A stretch of 64,000 nucleotides of DNA from the NCBI GenBank assembly GCA_963827165.1, contig CAWGZR010000010.1, positions 359,516 to 423,515 on the forward strand. Direction: 5' to 3'. Positions 55,683-64,000 of the stretch are shown here, piece after piece. Source of the DNA: Candidatus Bathyarchaeota archaeon (GTDB taxonomy: Archaea; Thermoproteota; Bathyarchaeia; Bathyarchaeales; Bathycorpusculaceae). Under the pieces are notes generated by a model. It was not told the DNA's origin. It did not search any database and saw only the letters and a list, made by a program, of their open reading frames with translations. Position 1 is the first letter of the stretch, and every line of letters starts with the position of its first letter. A program made the position numbers and the translations under genes.

Positions 55683-55755
55683 ATTTCTCTTTCTACTGAG
55701 CTCATTTTTTATAAATTAAAAAAAGGGGAAAGAAATTTTGTTAAGCATTTTTAGT

Positions 55756-58506
55756 TTATGGGTGTTTTCTTGTAACGAGCAATGCTAGGACAGCACCAAT
55801 GATGACTATGACTACGATAATTGCGACGAGCCCATATTCGAGTGTGCTGTTTGATGCTAAGCCGCTAAGCGGTGTTGTGGTCGGTGCTTGCGTTGGTGCC
55901 GAGGCGCTGGCATAGAAAGCTGTTGAAGCGGAAGAGCCATAGTACGATTGTGTACCTGCAAACGTAGCATAGAGGGTAAAGCTACCGGTTATGTCAGGTT
56001 TCCATGTAAATGAGTAGTCGCCTAAACTGTTTGTTGTCGTTGAGCCGATTGATCGGTAGTTGTTGTTGGAGTCCAACACGTAGAAGGTTACTAGGACACC
56101 TGTTACGTTGCTTGGCATTGGCTGCTGCTCATAAACTGCCTCCATGAACTGCGTCATGCTTGCGTCAGAAACACATGGCAAGCCATGGGGGAAATTAGCT
56201 GCAACCGCTTCCTGCTTCGAGCCTGCGGAGATATCCATAACCGATCCAGTGATCGTTATCGGGGTAGCAGTTGTTACGCCAACGCTGGGTGCATTCACCG
56301 TTGTTTCGCTTGGTCCCATGCCGTAGGCATATATTTGGTTGTCATATGCGCTTAAAGACAAAAGTACTCCGTCAGAAATAGCTGATCCGCCATCGACGTC
56401 GAAATTCAATATGCTCCAGACTGGTTGGCCGTTGGTAAGGTTAACAGCGATCAGGTCAGCGCCGCGGAACAATGGTGGACTGTATTCATGTCCTTCACCG
56501 AGGAAGAGTATTCCATCAGCGATGGCTCCAGGGTTTCCGAATTGCCAGATTGGCCAAACTCCATATGGAGTGTCCGATCCTGCGGGTCCTGAAATTGTGT
56601 TAGTATCAGTTTGCCAAATTATGGATCCTGTACTCATGTTGATTGCATAGATATCTCCGCCAAAACTGCTCAGATACATCATGCCGTTGACGACTTGTCC
56701 GTAGTAGCTACCAATGCTGTTGTAGGCATCGGGGTTAGGTAGCGTAAAAGGTCCCCAGAGTTGTTTGCCCGTTATAATGCTGTATCCTGTGTATGCAGCC
56801 GTGTCTTGATTGATTTCTACGAAGATGCCGTTTGAAGTCTGTGAGAAGTCAACTCGGGTATATGGTGTTTCTGTCCTGTTAACTATCCACAGTTGTTGCC
56901 CTGTACTTTGACTGTAGCCTGCTTCTATGATAAATCCTGCGTTGTAGCTTGAACCGCCTGCACTTGCGATGGAGCTCAAAAATAATACGCCACTGTTAGC
57001 TGAGGCGCCGCCGGTTGTATAGGTCCCGCTGTTTAGTGAAAGAGTCGCGCTGGAAGGCAAAGCTGCAACTGAAGATAGAGGCAGAGGAACGCCATTGATG
57101 TTTGTTGCTAATGGTTGTCCCCACATTACTCCGAGAGGGAAGGATATTTGTCCGTTTTGTGTTGGTCTCCACATCCACGCTGCAGGACCATTAGTTCCGT
57201 CAACGATGCATTGTGTTGAGTTCCAGCATTCTAACAAAGCGCCGCCAGAAGGATTAGTGACAGGTTCGCCTTGAATCATTTGTGTACCTACTGTACTGTT
57301 GACAAAGTACCCGACTAAGTTTCCGCCGTTATCTTCAATTAGTGTATTCATTCCAGTTCCGTTGACAACGCTTAGAATGTATTGTCCCGTCACGGCGTCA
57401 AACATGTTCCACGTTGTTGTGCCAGCTTGAGCGACTATTCCAACTGGCGTCCCTGTGCTCCAGAGGTATGCTGTTGCTCCATATTGGTTCGGAGTTGTGT
57501 AGTCTAGTGTTTGGCCGCATCGTAGCGAGGTCACTATGCCGGCTGATGTTAAGGCGCTTTGGGCTGGAGAACCGCCTCCGAGGTTAGCTGAATTGTCAGT
57601 CCAGATTGTTTGACCGGTTTGCAAATCTACCGCAAGCCAGCCTGTTGGGTTATTGATGCTTCCAGTATACTGTTCGAAGTAGAGGATGCCTTGGATTATT
57701 ATCGGTTGGAACATTCTCTCGTACTGCCTGGTTGAGTAGTAATTGCTTGTATCTGTTCCACCGAATTCTCCGCCGATTTGACCTCCGAACGATTCAGGTT
57801 TGGTCCATAAAAGGTGAGCTGTCGTTGGTGCAGTCGTGTAAGGATTGTAGTTTCCTGTTGCATTGTACATCCCAGTGGTAGCGCTAAAGAGAGTACCCAA
57901 TCCGAGCCAGTTGCCACTAATGCTGTACCAAAGGTCATTGACCGATTCTATTGGGCGTGTCCAGTAGGTTGCGGGAAGGGGAGCTTGCGAAGCTGAAGGA
58001 GTCGCCTCTTGTTGCACTACTAGAGTTGCTACGTTGCTGGTAGCTGGTTCATAGTAATCGCCGATGTATGGTTTTGTTGCGGCAGAAAAGCCTGCGGGTG
58101 GGGGATTAGCACCAGCTAGTGTTTGTCCTGCATAGAACATTTGGAAAGTATAATTGCCAAGTTCAGTGGGAGTGAATTCGGTATGTGTTCCGCCGGTATC
58201 GTCGGATGTGAAGGGTCCCAACGTCTTAGTCGTTTTGTCTGGCAAGGTAACTTTGACTGTCATGCCTGTCCATCTGTCACCGTAAATTGTCCCTGCTGTT
58301 GGTGGGGCTTGACCAATCCAGAAGCCAACGTTAACAGATTGACCAATACCTGCGGGATTAGGTGCAACGTTGCAAAAAGCGTACTGCGGAATTTGCCATG
58401 CGGGTGTATGTGCATTGGCTGTAGACAGAACCGTAGATGGAATTACAATAGATAACATTAGAAACAGTGCCATCATTGAAAAAACTTTAATTTTTGAATT
58501 CGCCAT
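55756..58506 (-). CDS. Membrane-anchored PQQ-type beta-propeller surface protein, paralog 3
   Basis: 916 aa; same architecture, TM + RKHP. Confidence 0.9.
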   Translation of the reverse strand: MANSKIKVFSMMALFLMLSIVIPSTVLSTANAHTPAWQIPQYAFCNVAPNPAGIGQSVNVGFWIGQAPPTAGTIYGDRWTGMTVKVTLPDKTTKTLGPFTSDDTGGTHTEFTPTELGNYTFQMFYAGQTLAGANPPPAGFSAATKPYIGDYYEPATSNVATLVVQQEATPSASQAPLPATYWTRPIESVNDLWYSISGNWLGLGTLFSATTGMYNATGNYNPYTTAPTTAHLLWTKPESFGGQIGGEFGGTDTSNYYSTRQYERMFQPIIIQGILYFEQYTGSINNPTGWLAVDLQTGQTIWTDNSANLGGGSPAQSALTSAGIVTSLRCGQTLDYTTPNQYGATAYLWSTGTPVGIVAQAGTTTWNMFDAVTGQYILSVVNGTGMNTLIEDNGGNLVGYFVNSTVGTQMIQGEPVTNPSGGALLECWNSTQCIVDGTNGPAAWMWRPTQNGQISFPLGVMWGQPLATNINGVPLPLSSVAALPSSATLSLNSGTYTTGGASANSGVLFLSSIASAGGSSYNAGFIIEAGYSQSTGQQLWIVNRTETPYTRVDFSQTSNGIFVEINQDTAAYTGYSIITGKQLWGPFTLPNPDAYNSIGSYYGQVVNGMMYLSSFGGDIYAINMSTGSIIWQTDTNTISGPAGSDTPYGVWPIWQFGNPGAIADGILFLGEGHEYSPPLFRGADLIAVNLTNGQPVWSILNFDVDGGSAISDGVLLSLSAYDNQIYAYGMGPSETTVNAPSVGVTTATPITITGSVMDISAGSKQEAVAANFPHGLPCVSDASMTQFMEAVYEQQPMPSNVTGVLVTFYVLDSNNNYRSIGSTTTNSLGDYSFTWKPDITGSFTLYATFAGTQSYYGSSASTAFYASASAPTQAPTTTPLSGLASNSTLEYGLVAIIVVIVIIGAVLALLVTRKHP

Positions 58507-58562
58507 TTTTATTTCTCCTTAATTGCAATATCATCGATTGATGTGGTCCGCTAATAAGACTC

Positions 58563-58579
58563 GCTCACTTATCGTGAGT
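58563..58579. promoter_or_regulatory. Palindromic operator CTCAC-N5-GTGAG
   Basis: gctcacttatcgtgagt between paralog 3 and the divergent membrane protein/wHTH pair. Confidence 0.7.
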
Positions 58580-58681
58580 GCAAAAAAGTGTTATGCTTTC
58601 TTTTGCAGTTACGTCGAAGCTACTTAATTTTGGACTAATATTGAAAAAACAAATAAGATAGAATGTGCAAGATTAGCCCAC

Positions 58682-59368
58682 ATGTTTGCTACCAGCATGT
58701 ATCCTGTAGAGCGGATGATAGTAGAGCTTGTTGCGACAATTCTTTGCCTTATCCTTGTCAGATTCATGATAAAGCCGTATAAGCTTACTAGGGAAGGAGC
58801 TTTTCTGGGTCTGCCACTCGGATTTGCTTTTCTGGGAATATCGTACGCTCTGGCAGCCATATCATATTCCCCACTGGATTTTCCTAAAGAATTATTGTGG
58901 CTTCCACTTCTAACAAGATCATTCGCTTTTGTATTTCTTGCAATCACATACTTCTTTTCAAATAAGAAATCAAAAAATGGCTATCTGCTGGGAGAGCTAA
59001 CAATCAGTCTGTTAGTTATTGTTCTCGCCATTTTACTTCTAATTGCATTTGTTGCTCCAGAATTTGCTTTCAATGGGTACTCGAACGCAAACGTATACTT
59101 GAGATTTGTTAACTTAGCATGCCTCTCCTACATTGCCATCTATGCCCTCCGAAGTCACGTGAAGAATCCCGATCCATCAACGATTTGGATTCCTTTCGGC
59201 TTTATTTTTCTCGCCATAAGCCAGTATTCGTTGTTCTTTTGGTATATTGACTCAAGTTTTTCGGCGTTTATAGGATCCTTGATAACTCGTTTTGTAGGTT
59301 TAGCCATCTTTCTTTTTGTCGCATACCGAACTTTCTACGGTTCAAATGAAAAAAAGGGGACAAAATGA
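58682..59368 (+). CDS. Seven-TM membrane protein (possible sensor)
   Basis: About seven hydrophobic helices; ATGA overlap with the wHTH gene. Confidence 0.75.
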   Translation: MFATSMYPVERMIVELVATILCLILVRFMIKPYKLTREGAFLGLPLGFAFLGISYALAAISYSPLDFPKELLWLPLLTRSFAFVFLAITYFFSNKKSKNGYLLGELTISLLVIVLAILLLIAFVAPEFAFNGYSNANVYLRFVNLACLSYIAIYALRSHVKNPDPSTIWIPFGFIFLAISQYSLFFWYIDSSFSAFIGSLITRFVGLAIFLFVAYRTFYGSNEKKGTK

Positions 59369-59643
59369 AGAAAATTCCTCGCAGAGACAAGCTGAAGATA
59401 TACGGAGACCTTTTGTCCGTGCTGAGGAGTGAAAGTAACGAAAGGAAGAAAGTTGTCTTAACGCATGTTCAGGTGCAAATAAATGTGCCTTTTGATCGAC
59501 TTAAGAATTACATAACTGAACTCAAAGAACTTGGCCTGATAGAAGGTGAGATATCTCTTGAACTTACTGAAAAAGGCAGACAATACCTTAAGGAATACGA
59601 AAAAATCCTTGAGTTTATGAAACGCATGGGCCTAACTTACTAA
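59365..59643 (+). CDS. Small archaeal winged-HTH regulator
   Basis: 'RRDKLKIYGDLL...LTHV....NVPFDRLKNYITEL...GLI....LTEKGRQYL'. Confidence 0.85.
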   Translation: MKKIPRRDKLKIYGDLLSVLRSESNERKKVVLTHVQVQINVPFDRLKNYITELKELGLIEGEISLELTEKGRQYLKEYEKILEFMKRMGLTY

Positions 59644-59727
59644 ATGCAGAAAAGCGGACGCTCTAAATAAACAGAAAGTGAAAAGAACACTGCCAAAAAT
59701 AGTGGTTTATGAAAAATGGGATTTGCA

Positions 59728-59776
59728 GGTGACATCTCCATTTTCGCTTGGATTCAAATCCCCCCCCAGTCCACTT
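59728..59776 (+). repeat. attR-3: ggtgacatctcca + 9 nt + tRNA-Ala 3' copy
   Basis: ggattcaaatccccccccagtccactt (one substitution, one extra C). Confidence 0.9.
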
Positions 59777-60126
59777 GGTTTTCGCAAAAGAAGCTTGTTT
59801 TAAACTCGGTTTGGTATTATCGTTTTCTCGCAATCTTACTAAAATCAATAAAACGCACGCTTAAGCAACTTTTAAGAAATTAGCTGCGGAAAAAAGAAGC
59901 TGGGTGGGAGATGTTAATACAAGATTACGCAAAAAAGCTTATGTTATAGCTTCTGTGCTCACCTGTGTGCTTAAGAGCGGGGAATCTTTTTGGTTTGAAA
60001 TTATTTTTGGTCGGGGTTTTTCATAGTTTTCATAGAATCGATTCTTAAAAAAGGCATCCCTATCGAATATAATAATAACTTAAGAAAACAAAAAAAGAAA
60101 AAGGGTTTTTGGTGTTTGTTTTTTGT

Positions 60127-63100
60127 TTAAGGCCGTTTTCTTGTTACGAGCAATGCGAGGACTGCACCGATTACGATTATGATTATGGCGATTGCAACGA
60201 TACCGTATTCGAGGGTGGTGTTTGATGCTAAGCCTGTAAGCGGTGTTGCTGCGGGTGCTCCCGTTGGTGCTGGAGTGCTGGCGAAGAAAGCTGTTGTGGA
60301 GGATGATGGCCAGTAAGCGTTTGTTCCTGCAAATGTTGCGGTTACTGTGAAGTTACCTGATATGGTGGGTGTCCATGTTAAGCTGTAGAAGCCGTCTGGG
60401 TTAGTTACGGCTGTGCCTATGTTGTAACAGTTGTTGTTGGAATCAGTAACGGCGATAGTAACTTGAACACCGGTGAAGTTGGTTGGTTCTGGCTGCTGTT
60501 GGTAAACGTAGCCCATCCATGCAGTCATGCTCGCATCTGATGAGCATGGAACGCCGTTTGGAAAGTCAGCTGCCTGTTGGCTTTGTGTTGTTCCCGCGGA
60601 AATATCCATTACTGTGCCTGTTATCGTTACTGGTGTAGCTGTTGTAACTCCAATGTCAGGTGATGTGACTGTAGTTTTGCTGGGTCCTCTGCCTACACTG
60701 TAGATTTGGTTGTTGTAGCCGTTCATGAAGGTGGCGAAGCCGTCTCCTACAACGTATTCGGAACCTGGAAGATTCCATTCGCTTGGGTAGTCAGAGAGTT
60801 TCCAAATCAGCTGCCCAGTTGTCGCATTGATGGCGAAGGTTACTGCGCCTTTATAGATTGGGTTTGGTACTGTGTGCTCGTTGGTTGCTAGGTAAATCAC
60901 TCCGTTTCCGACAGCCTGGATCTGGGTTGGGTAGTCGCCGTAAAAGACGTTTAAGCCGCCGTATGTGCTGTTGTCTGATCCTGGCGCTCCGTTCCCGTAT
61001 GTCCATAGCAGTTGTCCGGTCGTATCGCTGTAGCAGTAGCAGATTCCACCGAATGAGCTGTCATAGAGGTTTCCGTATGCAACGACGCCTGGTAATTGGA
61101 CGGTCCCTGGGTAGCCATAGTAGTCCCAAGCGCCTTGAGAAGGTGTTGGACCCCATATTTGATTGCCGCTCGAAAGACTGTAACCGACGAATTGCATTGT
61201 TTCCTGGAGGCTGAGCACAAAGACTCCTGTTTGGAAGTCTACTGGTTCCTGTACCAAGCTTTCATTTCCTGCCGGTGGATTGTATGTTTTGCTCCAAAGT
61301 ATAGTGCCGATGCCTCCTCTAGAGGAGTTTAGGTTTACAGCGAAGTATGTGAATGGAAGCTGTGGGTAGCCTTTGTTGGTTGCGGCAAAGCCTTGAGGTA
61401 GAGAACCCCATCTGCAAAGCATCATGTTGCCATATTGAAGTGCCACAATCGACACAGGATTTGCTCCCGCAGGCGGTTGTACTAGTGCTCCGGTAACAGG
61501 GTTCACCGTCGCAGGTGGTGGTGCCATAGTGTTTAGCCAGGGGATCGAAACGTTCCAGTCGTAGGTGGTTAATGAATCTTGGTTGATGGTATAAATGGGC
61601 GTTGTTGTTCCAGGTAAGTTAGCGGTGTCATGGATAGGAATGTTTGCGTTGACAGTTATAACTGAATTATACGGTACTGTTGCTGTGAGACCGTTTGGAG
61701 CGGTTCCAGTTGAAATGCCTGTATCAGGTGGAGGAAGACTTCCGCTGCCAGCTGAACTGACGACGGCACCTCCAATTAGGACTCCGTTTGACGCGTTTAC
61801 TACCGCTGGAGACAGGCTTCCGCCGCCTGTGTATGGGTTGATGTCGTATTGCCACAGTTTGGACATGTTCCATTCAGCCAAATACCATTGTGGATTTGCT
61901 GCGGTTCCATCGTTTGCGATAATGAGTCTCAGTGGTTCACCGCTTGGACCCATAATGTTTGGGCTTGCAACGGTGTTTGCGAAAGTTACTGTTGTTGTGC
62001 TGACTGGTATCACGAATGAGGTGCTTGAAGGAACGCCTGTCACGTTAAAGAGCGAAAGGCCTGTGTACGCATCATAGAGTTGCCAGTTACCGTTTACTGG
62101 ATTGGTGGCGACTAAGATTGGCGGGAAAACTCCGTGTTGATCAGGATCCCACAGATTGTAGAGATAAACGAAGGATAGCGGAGGAATGGCGGTTGATGAC
62201 CAGAGTTGTTGCCCTGTCATTAAGTTAACGCAGACTGTCGGTCCACTGGCTCCACCTGAGAAAGAGACCGGTTCGGTGTAGAAGAGGTATCCGTCGAGTA
62301 TTATTGGGTTGACGAATCGTGGTTGATAGGAAGAACCTTCCCAGTATTGAACTCCTTCTGGACTGTTTGGATCTTCACCGCCAGTGGTGAACGAGTTTCC
62401 ACCAGCAACGCCACCGAATTGCAGTTGGCTTGTCCACATGATATGCGAAGTTAGGGGTCCTATGGCGTCTGAATGGTATAATGTCGCAAAAGTTGTTCCG
62501 CCGTATCCTTGAGGTGGTGCCAGTCCACTACCCAGCCAATTTGATGTTAACGTGTACCAGTTAGTGTTTTCACCATATACTGGGCTTAGCCAGTAAGCGG
62601 TTGGAAGCGGTGAACTACCTATGGGGGCGGCGATCGGTGAGGATTGTACTGTAAGGGTTGTTCTTGTGCTGCTAGGCAGGTAAGTGTCGTTAATTAATAT
62701 TGAGCCAGAGTAACCATCACCGTTCGCACCATAGACTTGTCCCGGATAAGTGAATATCAATGTGTATGTTCCGGTTTGAGTTGGAGTAAATGCGGTTTCC
62801 TGATTTGATGTCGTATCTTTAATGACTGGGAATATTGTTGTTGTCGGCGAACCACTGGGTGGTACTATAGTTAGATTGTAATTGATGAATCTATACGTGT
62901 TAGACAGAAGTGCTGCGCTGGCTGTTGCTCCGTTGGTTCCTACTGCTGCAGTGGTTCCACCTGCGGCACCATAAACTTCGTCAAGCCACATGTAAACTTG
63001 TATTGTTTGCCCTACGCCAATAGGGTTAGGCGACGCAACAATGTAAGCGTATGTCGGAATCTGCCAGGGAGGAGAATGCGCGTTAGCACTGGGTATTAAT

Positions 63101-63177
63101 ATCGTAGAAGCTGCCATTGAAAACATTAAAAATGCTGCAATCAAAATAGTCATAGATTTGCTTTTCAGCTTTTTCAT
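60127..63177 (-). CDS. Membrane-anchored PQQ-type beta-propeller surface protein, paralog 4
   Basis: About 1016 aa from ATG 63177 (RBS ggag); same architecture, TM + RKRP. Confidence 0.9.
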   Translation of the reverse strand: MKKLKSKSMTILIAAFLMFSMAASTILIPSANAHSPPWQIPTYAYIVASPNPIGVGQTIQVYMWLDEVYGAAGGTTAAVGTNGATASAALLSNTYRFINYNLTIVPPSGSPTTTIFPVIKDTTSNQETAFTPTQTGTYTLIFTYPGQVYGANGDGYSGSILINDTYLPSSTRTTLTVQSSPIAAPIGSSPLPTAYWLSPVYGENTNWYTLTSNWLGSGLAPPQGYGGTTFATLYHSDAIGPLTSHIMWTSQLQFGGVAGGNSFTTGGEDPNSPEGVQYWEGSSYQPRFVNPIILDGYLFYTEPVSFSGGASGPTVCVNLMTGQQLWSSTAIPPLSFVYLYNLWDPDQHGVFPPILVATNPVNGNWQLYDAYTGLSLFNVTGVPSSTSFVIPVSTTTVTFANTVASPNIMGPSGEPLRLIIANDGTAANPQWYLAEWNMSKLWQYDINPYTGGGSLSPAVVNASNGVLIGGAVVSSAGSGSLPPPDTGISTGTAPNGLTATVPYNSVITVNANIPIHDTANLPGTTTPIYTINQDSLTTYDWNVSIPWLNTMAPPPATVNPVTGALVQPPAGANPVSIVALQYGNMMLCRWGSLPQGFAATNKGYPQLPFTYFAVNLNSSRGGIGTILWSKTYNPPAGNESLVQEPVDFQTGVFVLSLQETMQFVGYSLSSGNQIWGPTPSQGAWDYYGYPGTVQLPGVVAYGNLYDSSFGGICYCYSDTTGQLLWTYGNGAPGSDNSTYGGLNVFYGDYPTQIQAVGNGVIYLATNEHTVPNPIYKGAVTFAINATTGQLIWKLSDYPSEWNLPGSEYVVGDGFATFMNGYNNQIYSVGRGPSKTTVTSPDIGVTTATPVTITGTVMDISAGTTQSQQAADFPNGVPCSSDASMTAWMGYVYQQQPEPTNFTGVQVTIAVTDSNNNCYNIGTAVTNPDGFYSLTWTPTISGNFTVTATFAGTNAYWPSSSTTAFFASTPAPTGAPAATPLTGLASNTTLEYGIVAIAIIIIVIGAVLALLVTRKRP

Positions 63178-63238
63178 TTTTCTTTTTTCTCCATTTCTTG
63201 TTTTCTTTGGGTTAGGAAAAAATAGCTCCGTCACTACA

Positions 63239-63256
63239 ACTCACATAAGAGTGAGT
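63239..63256. promoter_or_regulatory. Operator variant ACTCAC-N6-GTGAGT
   Basis: actcacataagagtgagt upstream of paralog 4. Confidence 0.55.
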
Positions 63257-63766
63257 GTACAAAAAAAAATGGCTAAAACTCCCTTTTCCTAACGGCTATT
63301 AAATAATATTTTCCAAGCTAAAATAGCTTACGATAAGTTATCTGTATGCATGTGTGCTTGCCGACCGAGGAATAGACTACGGACATGATTGAAAGATTGA
63401 GTGACAGATAATCCGAGCGACAAAGTCAGTTGGAAAGGAGAGAGAGGAGGCTGCGTGTGAGCGCGCTTTCTCTTTTTCTTTATTTCATCTTGAGAAGAAG
63501 CAGAGAAGACGCCTCTTCTCCACGTAGCGCTCTTTGTATTCAAGTCGTATAATTAATTTGCCTAAAGCTTTTAGTTAAGAATAAAGCGATTAAGCGCCAT
63601 TCTCATTTGAAAGAATAACAGATGAATGAAAAGCAATTCTACTATTTCAAAAAATGACGTTTAACCAGACAAAACCGCTGAAGGAAGAAAATGGAGAATG
63701 TGAGAGTTAAAGCGAGAACCCTTGCTTCGCCTTCTTAAAACAAAAAGAAAAAGAGGGGATTTTGCG

Positions 63767-63811
63767 GGTGATATCTCCACTTTCTCATGGGTTCATATCC
63801 CCCAGTCCACT
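63767..63811 (+). repeat. attR-4: ggtgatatctcca + 9 nt + tRNA-Ala 3' copy
   Basis: gggttcatatcccccagtccact (one substitution, shorter C run). Confidence 0.85.
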
Positions 63812-64000
63812 CTAACGTTTTCACAGTAAAGCCTCAGAATTTCATAGCAGAATTGGTTGATTTCTTTTCCAAAAGTGTATTTGCGCTAGGACGCTGATAT
63901 TGTGAGGTTGCGACCTAATTTTGGCGAGTTTTGGGGTTGTTTATTAGGAATTCATAAATCACTTATATTGTATCTGCATAAAAAAGATGTAACTTTAGCC

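Noticed and set aside
52121-55705. Small ORFs (52121-52312, 55493-55705, also 48018-48230 and 44778-44972) over the hairpin repeats as a peptide family
   Set aside because: Frame and strand are not conserved between copies, so the conservation is at nucleotide or structure level.
48201-63177. Diversity-generating retroelement acting on the propeller paralogs
   Set aside because: No reverse transcriptase and no template/variable repeat pair with adenine-specific mismatches was seen.
47935-63811. Additional tRNA genes or split-tRNA halves
   Set aside because: Only T-arm and acceptor 3' fragments are present, some mutated, with no anticodon arm or complementary leader. They fit att sites better.

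Overview
Archaeal chromosome segment. Gene style (aCPSF1-psmB, Alba, SepF, CimA, PEF-CTERM proteins, large anchored PQQ-type beta-propeller paralogs) suggests Bathyarchaeia, which is an inference. Many single-base frameshifts point to an imperfectly polished long-read assembly. Positions 1-33 kb hold housekeeping genes, a stand-alone 23S rRNA gene with its own processing stem and no adjacent 16S/5S, branched-chain amino-acid enzymes, two PIN toxin-antitoxin loci (one paired with a TGT-like gene) and two related non-coding elements with ~10-bp periodic repeats. From tRNA-Ala(UGC) at 33145 onward the window is one integration hot spot. First comes a 14.7-kb capsid-less provirus or satellite (tyrosine integrase, primase, helicase, S74-chaperone fibre, ParB/ABC-ATPase/GNAT module) bounded by a 29-bp att duplication. 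It is followed by three integrase-free segments, each ending in another tRNA 3'-end copy preceded at exactly 9 nt by the same 13-bp motif. These segments carry four paralogous surface beta-propeller genes, regulators, a shared operator-like palindrome and a repeated ~100-115 bp bulged hairpin. This integron-like, tRNA-anchored cassette array is the main candidate novel system.
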